Shown piece after piece: positions 1 to 9,329 of a DNA stretch of 64,000 nucleotides. Position numbers and translations under genes: made by a program. Below the pieces are notes generated by a model, which saw only the letters and a list, made by a program, of their open reading frames with translations, made no database searches and was not told the origin of the DNA. Numbering within the stretch: position 1 is the first letter of the stretch; every line of letters begins with the position of its first letter. The DNA is from Bdellovibrionales bacterium (lineage in GTDB: Bacteria; Bdellovibrionota; Bdellovibrionia; Bdellovibrionales; JAGQZY01), in assembly GCA_019750295.1 (NCBI GenBank), contig JAIEOS010000066.1, forward strand, positions 2,183 through 66,182, read 5' to 3'.

Positions 1-804
1 CTCGTCGATGTATTTCGCTTCGTAGCTGTAAAACTCGTGAGTGGGAATGATTTCGCCGACGATACTGGCGCGAGGTTTATCATTCCCTAGAATAGAAATT
101 TCTAATTCGCGAGCCGCCACGGATTTTTCGGCAAGCACTTTTGTGTCGTAGAGCAACGCTTCGTTGATTTTATCTTGAGCTTCTTCTTTCGTCTTAATTT
201 TAAAGACGCCCACGGAGGAGCCTGAGTTCGCGGGCTTAATAAAAAACGGCAAACCGAGTTGATCAATACATTTGCTGATCCACTGAGAGGGATTCGCTAC
301 AAATTCCGACTTTCTAAAAACAACGGTTTCCACGACCGGAATCCCGGCGTGGGACAATAGACGGCGAGACATGTCTTTATCCATACCTACCGAAGACCCC
401 ACCACTCCCGAGCCCACGTAAGCGATGTTCGCTAATTCCAAAAGTCCCTGCATCGTTCCGTCTTCGCCAAAAGTTCCGTGAAGGATAGGAATAATCACAT
501 CAAAGTTTTTGGTATTAAGATTTTTTGAGCTATTGATGGGCACCAGTTGCTGCTCGGCCGAGTAGGGAAGGAGAGCGACGGTGTCTTTCGATTTATTGAG
601 GGCGATCAAGCGAGGATTATGGGCCTCGAGTAAAAGCTGAGCTTGGTCGGGCATCACCCAGCGGCCCTCCTTATCGATCCCGATGAGGAAGACATCGTAT
701 TTAGTTTTATCGAGGGCTTTGTAAACAGAGAGTGCGGAGGTGATGCTGACTTCGTGTTCTCCCGAACGTCCACCAAACAGTATTCCCACTCTCAATTTAC
801 TCAT
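1..804 (-). CDS. ddl: D-alanine--D-alanine ligase, partial (C-terminus lies beyond the window edge)
   Basis: Not in the ORF track because it runs off the window. My minus-strand translation from the ATG at 804 reads [49 protein letters not shown]...[22 protein letters not shown]...[13 protein letters not shown], which is typical Ddl N-terminal and ATP-grasp sequence. The frame stays open to position 1 (268 codons). Its ATG overlaps the gcvP stop codon (ATGA). Confidence 0.85.
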   Translation of the reverse strand, partial: MSKLRVGILFGGRSGEHEVSITSALSVYKALDKTKYDVFLIGIDKEGRWVMPDQAQLLLEAHNPRLIALNKSKDTVALLPYSAEQQLVPINSSKNLNTKNFDVIIPILHGTFGEDGTMQGLLELANIAYVGSGVVGSSVGMDKDMSRRLLSHAGIPVVETVVFRKSEFVANPSQWISKCIDQLGLPFFIKPANSGSSVGVFKIKTKEEAQDKINEALLYDTKVLAEKSVAARELEISILGNDKPRASIVGEIIPTHEFYSYEAKYIDE

Positions 805-3650
805 AGCTGCAATTCCCTTGTTGTTTCAGGTGTCTCGTAATCGCTGATCGGAGGACAAGAGCACATGATGTTTTTATCGCCGTACACGTTATCGACCCGG
901 TTGGCAGACACCCAGAACTTCTTCTCCTTGACCCAAGGTAATGGGAAGAAGGCCTGAGCTCGAGTGTAAGGACGATCCCAATCCGAAATCATATCTTCCG
1001 CCGTATGAGGAGCGTTTCGAAGAGGATTGTTATCCTTATCTAGCTTTCCGGACTCCACCGCCGAAATTTCTCTGCGGATTTGAATCATGGCTTCGCAAAA
1101 GCGATCCATCTCCATACGGCTTTCGCTTTCGGTCGGTTCGATCATCAAAGTTCCCGCGACCGGAAATGACATGGTTGGCGCGTGGAAACCAAAATCCATC
1201 AAACGCTTGGCAATATCATCCACACTGACGCCCGCCGATTTAAACTGGCGAACATCGATAATGCACTCATGAGCCACTCGACCGTTCTTACCAGTGTAAA
1301 GAACCGGGAAGTGTCCTTCAAGTTTTTTAGCAATGTAGTTGGCATTGAGGATCGCCACTTGAGTCGCTTTCTTAAGTCCCTCGGCGCCCATCATTTTAAT
1401 GTAGCTCCAAGAAATAGGCAGAATCAAAGCGCTTCCCCAAGGAGCGGCCGAGACCGCGGTTACGCCGGTTTTAGGGCCCGCTTCGGGTTGCAAAGAGTGT
1501 TGAGGTAAAAATGGCGCTAAGTGAGCTCCTACACCGATAGGACCCACACCTGGGCCTCCTCCCCCGTGAGGAATACAGAAGGTCTTATGCAAATTAAGAT
1601 GGGAAACATCAGCTCCCACATCACCCGGTCGGCATACTCCGACCAATGCATTCATGTTGGCTCCATCCATGTAGACCTGGCCGCCGTGAGCATGAACAAT
1701 CTCGCAAATCTTTTTAAAATCTTCTTCGAATACTCCGTGAGTGGAAGGGTAAGTGATCATAAGACACGCTAAGTTTTGCGCGTGTTGAGAGGCCTTCGCT
1801 TTAAGATCTTCGATGTCGACGTTTCCGTTGTCATCGCAACGAACCACAACCACCGACATGCCCACCATCGCCGCACTGGCGGGATTGGTTCCATGCGCAG
1901 AGCTCGGAATCAAACAAATATTTCTTTGATGATCTCCGCGGGATTTATGGTACTCGCGGATCACTAATAGTCCTGCGTATTCACCTTGAGAGCCCGCGTT
2001 CGGTTGAAGAGACACGGCTTTAAAGCCTGTGATCTGTTGGATTTGATGGTCGAGTTCGCGAATCATCTCCAAAGTTCCCTGAACTTGCTCGATTGGGGCA
2101 AAAGGATGCAAGTTTGCAAACCCTTTCCAGGTCACCGGGATCATTTCCGTCGTGGCATTGAGCTTCATCGTGCAGGAGCCCAATGGGATCATTGCATCGG
2201 CTAAAGTCAGATCTTTCTTTTGCAAACGAAAAATGTAGCGAAGCATTTCGGTTTCGGAATGGTAGCGGTTAAACACCGGATGCTCGAGATAAGCCGAAGT
2301 TCTATCGAGCTTCGTGGAAGGACTCTTCCCGAGATTTGGAGTTAACTTCATTCCACGATTGAGCACGCTCAGAATCGTCGCTAAATCGTCATCGGTCACG
2401 GTTTCGTCTAAGGAAATTTGAACCGTTTTGGAATTGGGATAGAAAAAGTTAAGGTGTTTCTCTTGAGAGAACTTTTTGATGTCCGCCATTTGTGCATCGG
2501 TGACAGAAAAGCTCACGGTATCAAAAATATCTTTGGCTTGAACCGTATAACCCAGTTTAGACACATGCTCTCGAAGAGAGAACGCCATTTGGCGCACACG
2601 TTGAGCTATGGATTTAAGTCCATGAGGTCCGTAGTAGGTCGCATACATTCCGGCAATCACCGCCAGAAGAACTTGCGCTGTACAAATGTTGCTCGTGGCT
2701 TTCTCGCGCCGAATGTGTTGCTCGCGAGTTTGCAAGGTCAGGCGATAGCATTGGTTGCCGCGGCTGTCTTTACTCACGCCCACAATACGTCCTGGCATGG
2801 AGCGCGCGTACTCTCCGCGCGTGGCGATAAATGCCGCGTGCGGTCCACCAAAGCCCATGGGTACACCAAAGCGCTGGGTGGATCCGACGACAATGTCAGC
2901 GCCCATCTCGCCTGGAGACTTGTAAAGAGTCAGCGCGAGGAGGTCCGAGCCCACGATCACAAAGGCCTTCTCTTGTTTGGCCTTGGAAGCCCAAGGGCCT
3001 AAATCTTCGAGAGTCCCATCGGCCGCAGGATATTGGCAATAGACGCCAAAAACTTCCGTCCAAGGGCATTGATCCCAATCGCCAATGACCAACTCAATAC
3101 CGATCGGTGTGGCGCGGGTTTTTAAAACTTCGAGTGTTTGAGGAAAAGTATTTTTTTGAACAAAAAATTTATTTTTCTTCTGACGACCTAAAGAGAACGC
3201 CATGGCCATAGCCTCAGCGGCAGCGGTTCCTTCATCGAGGAGAGAGGCGTTGGAAATTTCTAAACCGGTGAGATCTGTCACCATGGTCTGAAAGTTAATC
3301 AGTGCTTCGAGTCGTCCCTGGGAGATTTCTGGCTGATAAGGTGTATACGCCGTGTACCATCCGGGATTCTCAAGAATATTTCTTAAGATGACTGGGGGAG
3401 TGAATGTTCCGTAGTATCCTTGACCGATATAAGATCTAAAAATTTGATTTCGATCGGCCAGTTTTTGCGCCACCGCGAGGACTTCGGATTCGCTCAGTCC
3501 CTGAGGAAGGTCTAAGGCCTTCGTGTAGGCGATATTGCTTGGAATTGTTTGTTGAGTTAAATCATCGAGACTTTGAGCTCCAACGGTCGCGAGCATTTGT
3601 GAAATATCACGATCATTGGGGCCGATATGCCGTTGAGCAAAAGTAAACAT
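801..3650 (-). CDS. gcvP: Glycine dehydrogenase (decarboxylating), single-chain P-protein of the glycine cleavage system
   Basis: The 953-aa ORF has full-length GcvP-like sequence (FAQRHIGP..., [32 protein letters not shown] with the PLP lysine context). I chose the ATG at 3650 ([10 protein letters not shown]), preceded by GGGTGG, over the GTG at 3662. Confidence 0.93.
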   Translation of the reverse strand: MFTFAQRHIGPNDRDISQMLATVGAQSLDDLTQQTIPSNIAYTKALDLPQGLSESEVLAVAQKLADRNQIFRSYIGQGYYGTFTPPVILRNILENPGWYTAYTPYQPEISQGRLEALINFQTMVTDLTGLEISNASLLDEGTAAAEAMAMAFSLGRQKKNKFFVQKNTFPQTLEVLKTRATPIGIELVIGDWDQCPWTEVFGVYCQYPAADGTLEDLGPWASKAKQEKAFVIVGSDLLALTLYKSPGEMGADIVVGSTQRFGVPMGFGGPHAAFIATRGEYARSMPGRIVGVSKDSRGNQCYRLTLQTREQHIRREKATSNICTAQVLLAVIAGMYATYYGPHGLKSIAQRVRQMAFSLREHVSKLGYTVQAKDIFDTVSFSVTDAQMADIKKFSQEKHLNFFYPNSKTVQISLDETVTDDDLATILSVLNRGMKLTPNLGKSPSTKLDRTSAYLEHPVFNRYHSETEMLRYIFRLQKKDLTLADAMIPLGSCTMKLNATTEMIPVTWKGFANLHPFAPIEQVQGTLEMIRELDHQIQQITGFKAVSLQPNAGSQGEYAGLLVIREYHKSRGDHQRNICLIPSSAHGTNPASAAMVGMSVVVVRCDDNGNVDIEDLKAKASQHAQNLACLMITYPSTHGVFEEDFKKICEIVHAHGGQVYMDGANMNALVGVCRPGDVGADVSHLNLHKTFCIPHGGGGPGVGPIGVGAHLAPFLPQHSLQPEAGPKTGVTAVSAAPWGSALILPISWSYIKMMGAEGLKKATQVAILNANYIAKKLEGHFPVLYTGKNGRVAHECIIDVRQFKSAGVSVDDIAKRLMDFGFHAPTMSFPVAGTLMIEPTESESRMEMDRFCEAMIQIRREISAVESGKLDKDNNPLRNAPHTAEDMISDWDRPYTRAQAFFPLPWVKEKKFWVSANRVDNVYGDKNIMCSCPPISDYETPETTRELQL

Positions 3651-3671
3651 GTTACCACCCACGCTTAGTGT

Positions 3672-4145
3672 TTAAGTTGTCTTCTTCTTTTTTGTCGACT
3701 TTGTCTTTAGTGTCTTTTTCGCTTTGGCAACAGTGCGTTTGATGGTTTTCTTGATTTGCTTTTCTTCTTTTTCAATCGACTGCTGCGCTTTCTTAGAAAA
3801 ATAATTAAAGTTCTTCATCACCATCTTTTCTAAATCGCCACGTTGTTTAAGGACACTGGATTTGTACTCGTTGATCATCTTTACCGCTTCGTTCTTTTTC
3901 AAGTTGATGTTCTTAAGAGCTTTATCAATATCTTTTTCAACTTGAAGTTGTACGGTTTGAATTCGGGTCATCAAAGTTTTATATTTCTTTTCGATGAACT
4001 TCACTTTGTCTTCGGGAATCGCTTTTTTAAGATCAAATTTTTCGATCTCTGCCAGGAGCTTTTTGACCTCGACCTTAAGGCTTTCGAAATCTTTAATTTT
4101 GAGAAGTTCATCACGGATTTGCGATAGTTTAAAAGATGAGTTCAT
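3672..4145 (-). CDS. Hypothetical coiled-coil protein with a lysine-rich basic C-terminal tail
   Basis: The 157-aa ORF is K/E-rich with heptad-like sequence and ends in KRTVAKAKKTLKTKSTKKKKTT. It lies 21 nt upstream of gcvP on the same strand. I recognise no family. Confidence 0.5.
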   Translation of the reverse strand: MNSSFKLSQIRDELLKIKDFESLKVEVKKLLAEIEKFDLKKAIPEDKVKFIEKKYKTLMTRIQTVQLQVEKDIDKALKNINLKKNEAVKMINEYKSSVLKQRGDLEKMVMKNFNYFSKKAQQSIEKEEKQIKKTIKRTVAKAKKTLKTKSTKKKKTT

Positions 4146-4254
4146 TGCGACCCCTTTTTGCTAATTTGGTTAAGTGTTAGCTGGCCCTCGTTTTACTTGT
4201 GAAAGACGCAATTCTCAAGTGATTTTATGCCGTAAGTGTGGCATTTCTAGACTC

Positions 4255-5484
4255 ATGGAGACCCTCACAAAACGCCAGGAATACCTTGAGCAGCATTGGA
4301 CGAAATATCCTTTGCCCAGCCCAGAGCAGTTACACTCGAGCTTATGGCTGAGAGGTCGAATCTCCGCGCTGAATGCGGAGACTCTCGAGTTAGAAAGTGG
4401 CCAAAAAAAGAGCCTATCTTTTGTTTCTGAGGATTTTGTTGGCTCCCAGGAACTAGGCCAGCCGTGTCCCATTTCGGTTTTAAAGGTGGGCGATATTGTC
4501 TTGCTTCAGCTCAACCCAAAAAATCAGCAGATCGATCATGCATTCCTATTAAGCCCTTGCCTGTCGCACCCTCCGCCCTCGGCCGATATATCCTGGCAAG
4601 AGTTTCTCATTTCCGTCGAGAGTTTCTTTGTCGATCGCGGATTTCAAGGGTGGAGTACGCCTTACCTGGTCCGTTCGCCCGGAGTCGACGCGCATATCGA
4701 TTTTATGCAGGTCTCAGGTGTACGCACCGGTCGTGAATTTTGTTTACCGACGAGCCCTGAGATCGAATTAAAAAAAATGATCGCTGCGGGTGTTTCTCAA
4801 ATTTTCGAAATTAAATCCTGCTTTCGTGATGACGATAAGACGTCGATCCATAAACCTGAATTTAAGATGTTGGAATGGTATCGCGCCTACGCCAATAAGA
4901 CAGAGTTGATGGACGACATCGAAGCCTTGATCTCGTTTCTCTTTCAAAAAATGAACCTTCGCCGGCAGGTCAAAATGGATCGAATTTCGATCGCCGAGCT
5001 TTTTAAAATGCATGCCGAGATGGCTCTCACTCCGCAGACCTCCAGGGAAGATCTGTTGGAGGCCATCCGTAGACATCGGCTCGATTGGAATGACTCTGAT
5101 GACTGGGATGATCTCTTTTTTCGTATTTACATCGAAAAGATTGAACCCCATTTAGGTTTAGATAACCCAGTCGTCATCTATAATTTTCCACCCTCGCAAA
5201 GTTCAGTGGCTCGGTTGACGCCAGAGGGGTGGTCCGATCGTTTTGAGGTGTACTGGAAGGGAATCGAACTCGCCAATGCTTATCAAGAGCAGAATAATCC
5301 GCAGGTGATTCGCGAAAAAATTCAGAGTGAAGTGAGTAAAAGAACATCTCTGGGGCGAGTTCCCAATCCCGTGGATCCCGAATTTTTATCTTTGATGGAC
5401 AGAGGATTTCCCCCATGCACGGGATGTGCGCTCGGGCTCGATCGTCTGTTTATGGTGATGAGAGATTTAAAAACTATTTATTAA
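4255..5484 (+). CDS. epmA: EF-P lysine lysyltransferase-like protein (EpmA/GenX/PoxA; class II LysRS paralog) with an N-terminal extension
   Basis: Class II aaRS motifs are present: FRDDDKTSIHKPEFKMLEWY (motif 2-like) and GCALGLDRLFMVM (motif 3). The EpmA-like stretch FEVYWKGIELANAYQE is also present. Start set at the ATG at 4255 (METLTKRQ); the track start at 4174 is a non-ATG extension. Confidence 0.75.
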   Translation: METLTKRQEYLEQHWTKYPLPSPEQLHSSLWLRGRISALNAETLELESGQKKSLSFVSEDFVGSQELGQPCPISVLKVGDIVLLQLNPKNQQIDHAFLLSPCLSHPPPSADISWQEFLISVESFFVDRGFQGWSTPYLVRSPGVDAHIDFMQVSGVRTGREFCLPTSPEIELKKMIAAGVSQIFEIKSCFRDDDKTSIHKPEFKMLEWYRAYANKTELMDDIEALISFLFQKMNLRRQVKMDRISIAELFKMHAEMALTPQTSREDLLEAIRRHRLDWNDSDDWDDLFFRIYIEKIEPHLGLDNPVVIYNFPPSQSSVARLTPEGWSDRFEVYWKGIELANAYQEQNNPQVIREKIQSEVSKRTSLGRVPNPVDPEFLSLMDRGFPPCTGCALGLDRLFMVMRDLKTIY

Positions 5485-5749
5485 GATCGTCTTTGAGTTC
5501 TTTTCCCACTTTAAAAAACGGCAGCTTCTTTTCGGGCACATTAATCACTTCGCCGGTGCGTGGATTACGTCCTTGATAAGAGTCGTAAGCTTTATTCGTG
5601 AAAGAACCAAAGCCACGAATTTCAATACGATCATTTTTAAGAAGAGCTTCGGTCATAGTGTCGAAAATCGTGTTGACCACGGTCTCCGCTTTTACACGAG
5701 TGATTCCGCGTTTCTCAGCGATCATGTCAATCAGATCAGCTTTAGTCAT
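5474..5749 (-). CDS. HU/IHF family DNA-binding protein (IHF beta-like)
   Basis: The 91-aa ORF contains RIEIRGFGSF...GRNPRTGEVINVPEKKLPFFKVGKELKD, the DNA-binding arm signature of the IHF/HU family. It converges on the epmA 3' end with an 11-nt overlap. Confidence 0.85.
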   Translation of the reverse strand: MTKADLIDMIAEKRGITRVKAETVVNTIFDTMTEALLKNDRIEIRGFGSFTNKAYDSYQGRNPRTGEVINVPEKKLPFFKVGKELKDDLNK

Positions 5750-6138
5750 ACAGCTCCTTCAAAAAAGGTTACAAACTATAGATTGTAAAGTGTTGTAACT
5801 ATTCATAATTATAGTGTTTTTGGATCAACTCTCAAGCCAAAAGATGGAAGTTTTAAATAAACACTATCCTAAAGGCCCGGAAAACCTCAGGCTCCGCTCC
5901 CTAAGCGATCTGAGTCTCATTCTTTCGCTTTAAAAGGTCGGGACTGCGTCGAATGATATTAAGAAATCCTGACTTTTTGCGTCTCACTTGAGGCTATTTG
6001 CAACTAGTTTTAGCAGCCGATCTTTTGCAAATAATGCCCCACGGATTCCACCTATCTAATGCAGAATTTACGGCATGAGAGTCTTTGCTAGAGACTTAGG
6101 GAAAACTGGCTTAATTCTTCAAGCACAAAGGGGAATCT

Positions 6139-6489
6139 ATGAAACTTATTATTTTTTTAACCGTTCTTTTCGGCTCCGTCTTCGCATCGGCGGCGCAAAC
6201 TCGATGTGGATGGATCCAGAATCCAACACCAGCCAACAATTGGATCACAGATAAAAATGCAACTTGGTACATCGGTATTCAAGGGGGTCATCAGGCCGAG
6301 GGCGATCTCGCTTATCCTCCGCATGATCAATATGTCTATACCAACGGAAATTATGGATACTGGTGTGGTTGCATCACGGCCGACTTTAACAAATCAAATA
6401 ACTACGTCACGAAAATCTACTCGAGTCTAACTAAGCCTCTCGATGCATGCCGATTGGATCCCAGCTTAGACGAGCCGTTCGCAAACTAG
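6139..6489 (+). CDS. Small secreted protein, DUF4087-like
   Basis: It has a signal peptide (MKLIIFLTVLFGSVFASA) followed by TRCGWIQNPTPANNWITDKNATW. From memory this resembles the DUF4087 N-terminal motif. AGGGGA lies upstream of the ATG. Confidence 0.5.
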   Translation: MKLIIFLTVLFGSVFASAAQTRCGWIQNPTPANNWITDKNATWYIGIQGGHQAEGDLAYPPHDQYVYTNGNYGYWCGCITADFNKSNNYVTKIYSSLTKPLDACRLDPSLDEPFAN

Positions 6490-6521
6490 TAAGGAAGGGA
6501 TCGAGCCCAGGCTTGGTCCTT

Positions 6522-7787
6522 TTAAGGATTTGGGCCTGGAGTTGGATCGGTAGATCTGTGGGAAGAATACCTGCGGGTCGATTCGATGGTCTTCTGATAG
6601 GCCTTTTCCGTGTGTTCGATCAATTGAGTCACGTCGAACAGCGATAAAACTTTTTCGCGGGCGCGGATCCCTACGGCATCCTCGCTTGAGGTTCCAGAGA
6701 AGATATTTAACACAAGTTCACTTAATGCCTCTGTGTCCGCTGGACGAATCAAATAGCCGTCCACGCCATTTTCAATAACATTGGCTAAAGCACTCACGTC
6801 TGAACCGACCACAATCTTTTGTTGAGCCATCGCTTCAAAGGTATTCGACTCGAATCCCGCCGAGCGACTGCTGAGATTGATATAAACATCGGCCAGATCA
6901 ATATAGTCGGGAATTTCGTATTGAGGGAGCGCTCCAGTGAAGATCACTTTACTCGGAAGAGCTAAATTGAGCATCTCGTATTCAATCGCTTTAAAATGAG
7001 GACCGTGGCCGACCACAATGAGTCGCACGTTGGATTTTTTAATGGCCACTTTTTGAAACGCCGTAAGGATATGAATCATTTCGGTTTTTTCAAGCATGTC
7101 GGTCACGGTGATCGCGATTTTTGCGTTCATCGGAACATTCAGTTTCTTCCGAAGCTCCTCCGATTTTTGGCGAAGAGAGAGATCTTGCAAGTCGACACTA
7201 TAGGGCACTGTATGAACTTTTAATTCTGGATAAAGATAAAAGCGCTCAAGGAGGATTCGCTGTTGCGGGCTCGTGACAAACATCCCGTCGGCAAAGTTTA
7301 AAAGTTCACGATCTTTTTTAAAATAGCTTTTGAGAAAGGTGTAAGAAATCTGCAAGCCATTTTTGATTTTACTGAGAGCCGTTTCCTCCGACATTCCGAT
7401 GAACGAAAACAAGCGCCGCATATCTGTGGCTTGCACATCAAAAGAAACTGCGAGTTTAAGCTTTTTTTTCTTCCGGGCAATCACCAGGCCATCTCTGGTT
7501 AATGAGTGAAGGACGTGAAAAGGCTCCTTGGCGTGCTCTTTGAGGAACTCATCATGAGCTAGCGAAGAAAAGTTGAGAATATTTTTATTCTTTGTGAGGT
7601 CGCTGAGGAAATACGTGGTGATTCCGTCTTGATTGATGACACCTTCCCCTAAAGCGGAACTCCACGAGAAAACTTTGATGGAGTGACCCTTTTGCACGAG
7701 CCCTTTAAGAATAGGCCAAATGAAACCATACTGATTTTGCCCTCGTCCAAACACGGGAAACTGCGGGGCAATGATAGCGATGTTCAT
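6522..7787 (-). CDS. Glycosyltransferase, GT4/GT-B family
   Basis: The N-terminus MNIAIIAPQFPVFGRGQNQYG and the C-terminal half ...SRSAGFESNTFEAMAQQKIVVGSDVSALANVIENGVDGYLI match the E-x7-E type GT4 region. Start set at the ATG at 7787. Confidence 0.8.
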   Translation of the reverse strand: MNIAIIAPQFPVFGRGQNQYGFIWPILKGLVQKGHSIKVFSWSSALGEGVINQDGITTYFLSDLTKNKNILNFSSLAHDEFLKEHAKEPFHVLHSLTRDGLVIARKKKKLKLAVSFDVQATDMRRLFSFIGMSEETALSKIKNGLQISYTFLKSYFKKDRELLNFADGMFVTSPQQRILLERFYLYPELKVHTVPYSVDLQDLSLRQKSEELRKKLNVPMNAKIAITVTDMLEKTEMIHILTAFQKVAIKKSNVRLIVVGHGPHFKAIEYEMLNLALPSKVIFTGALPQYEIPDYIDLADVYINLSSRSAGFESNTFEAMAQQKIVVGSDVSALANVIENGVDGYLIRPADTEALSELVLNIFSGTSSEDAVGIRAREKVLSLFDVTQLIEHTEKAYQKTIESTRRYSSHRSTDPTPGPNP

Positions 7788-7878
7788 TTTTCTTGGAAAC
7801 TCTTGGCGACCCATAGGAAAAGCCTAACATAGTCTTTTCTCATCGCCAAATGATGCAACAAAAATAAAAAGTCTAAAA

Positions 7879-8289
7879 CTAAGAAGTAAAGATTTTGCGA
7901 ATGGCGGGGAGGAGTTTACGATTGGCCTCGGGGATATCTAAAACTTCGAGCTCTTCGAGGGTGACCCATTTGAGTTCTGTGTGATGGACGGGCTTGGGTT
8001 CGCCTTTCCAAAACTGCACTTCGAAGAAGATCAGGAGAATGCCCACTTCAGGGTAAGAATGAGTCCATGTGAGTTTTAAATCACCGATGGTGGCCTCAAT
8101 TCCTAGCTCTTCCCGGAGTTCGCGCACCAAGGCGTCTTTGGGTTGTTCGCCCAATTCCACTTTACCGCCGGGGAACTCCCACTGGCCGGCCAGAGTATGA
8201 CCTGTGGGCCTTTGGCCGACTAAAACAAGATTCCCTTTTTTGATGATGCCGGTAACGACTGGAATCCATGTGGGTTTTTTCTGGGTCAT
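7879..8289 (-). CDS. mutT: Nudix hydrolase, MutT-like (8-oxo-dGTP diphosphatase family)
   Basis: A Nudix box is present: GQWEFPGGKVELGEQPKDALVRELREELGI. The start is ambiguous; I chose the ATG at 8289 (MTQKKPTW), but 8325 and 8373 are alternatives that would overlap pyrD. Confidence 0.75.
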   Translation of the reverse strand: MTQKKPTWIPVVTGIIKKGNLVLVGQRPTGHTLAGQWEFPGGKVELGEQPKDALVRELREELGIEATIGDLKLTWTHSYPEVGILLIFFEVQFWKGEPKPVHHTELKWVTLEELEVLDIPEANRKLLPAIRKIFTS

Positions 8290-8342
8290 AAACTCCAGAT
8301 TAGGACATTCCCTCGGTGAAGTCATGCCGTCCCACGGCTGGG

Positions 8343-9329
8343 TTATGGATTTTGGTGCAGCTGATTTAAGCAATTTTTAAAAAACAGAGGACCCTCAAAA
8401 ACCAGCGCGCTGTAGGCTTGAACTAAGTTCGCCCCCATATTCAGGCGTTCTTCCACATCTCTGGCCGAGGAAACTCCGCCGACAGAGATAATCAATTGGT
8501 CTGTTTTTTTATTCTTTAGGTGATCTGCACACATTTGAAGGAGGGCTTTGGATCGCTGGGCCAGGGGAGCTCCGGAGACGCCACCCTCCTTTGGAAAAAA
8601 GGGAGTGTGTTCGCGCTCCACAGTCGTATTCGTAAGGATCCATCCGTCGATTTGGAGTTCCAGTGAAATATCGAGAACGTCCTTGAGCTCGCTTTCGAGC
8701 ATATCGGGACTTAGTTTGAGCAGAAACGGTTGCGAAATGCTTTTCGTATTTTTGTAGTTGAGAATCGGCGACAGGAAACTGCGAAAATGTTCAGGCTTAA
8801 GAAGTTGTCTTAGGCCTTGCGTATTGGGGCTACTGATATTGATCACGAAGGCATCGGCCACCGGTTTTAAAGTTTCCATGCAGGCAATATAGTCTTGAGC
8901 GGCATTCTCGTTAGACGTGTTTCTATTTTTCCCAACGTTCACGAAAAGTGGGACGCGCAGTTTTGATTTTTGTTTTTGAATGCGTTCGAGGACGGCTCGT
9001 GATCCGGCATTGGGGAAGCCCATCTTGTTCCAGAGGGAACGGGTTTTCACGTCGCGATCTAAGATTTGGCCGGGATTAGGTCCTTGGGGAAGGGGAGTGA
9101 TGGTTCCCACTTCTAAAAAACCAACCCCTAACCTTTGCCAGTGCAATAAATTTTTTGCCGTCTTATCAACGCCACCAGCGATACTTAATGGGTTTAAGAA
9201 GGTGAGCTCACGCCAGATCAATTTTTTATATTCGGGTGTTTTGTCTGAGCAGAACGGGGCGAAAAAAGAAAGGGCCCATGGCATGATGTCGTGGGCCCAC
9301 TTTGAAGGTAATAATAACCAAAGTTTCAT
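8343..9329 (-). CDS. pyrD: Dihydroorotate dehydrogenase (quinone), class 2
   Basis: The 328-aa ORF contains GGVDKTAKN, LEVGTITPLPQGPNPG, NISSPNTQGLR and ISVGGVSSARDVEERL, matching the PyrD class 2 layout. Confidence 0.9.
   Translation of the reverse strand: MKLWLLLPSKWAHDIMPWALSFFAPFCSDKTPEYKKLIWRELTFLNPLSIAGGVDKTAKNLLHWQRLGVGFLEVGTITPLPQGPNPGQILDRDVKTRSLWNKMGFPNAGSRAVLERIQKQKSKLRVPLFVNVGKNRNTSNENAAQDYIACMETLKPVADAFVINISSPNTQGLRQLLKPEHFRSFLSPILNYKNTKSISQPFLLKLSPDMLESELKDVLDISLELQIDGWILTNTTVEREHTPFFPKEGGVSGAPLAQRSKALLQMCADHLKNKKTDQLIISVGGVSSARDVEERLNMGANLVQAYSALVFEGPLFFKNCLNQLHQNP

Noticed and set aside
2418-3002. A 194-aa plus-strand ORF, with several shorter ones between 941 and 3088, lying antisense to gcvP.
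   Set aside because: They lie entirely inside a full-length, well-conserved gcvP reading frame. Their composition is low-complexity and Arg/His-rich, and none has an SD. They are typical antisense shadow ORFs.
3651-4254. A search for a glycine riboswitch near gcvP.
   Set aside because: gcvP is preceded by only 21 nt after the upstream gene. The 109-bp region at 4146-4254 lacks the conserved glycine-aptamer core elements I could recall. No riboswitch is called.
4174-4254. N-terminal extensions in the ORF track arising from non-ATG starts (for example 4174, 38259, 39940, 56715, 55777, 63994, 10636, 19908).
   Set aside because: In each case an internal ATG gives a protein that starts at the conserved N-terminus or a proper signal peptide, has a better SD, or avoids a long overlap with the upstream gene. 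I used the internal starts.
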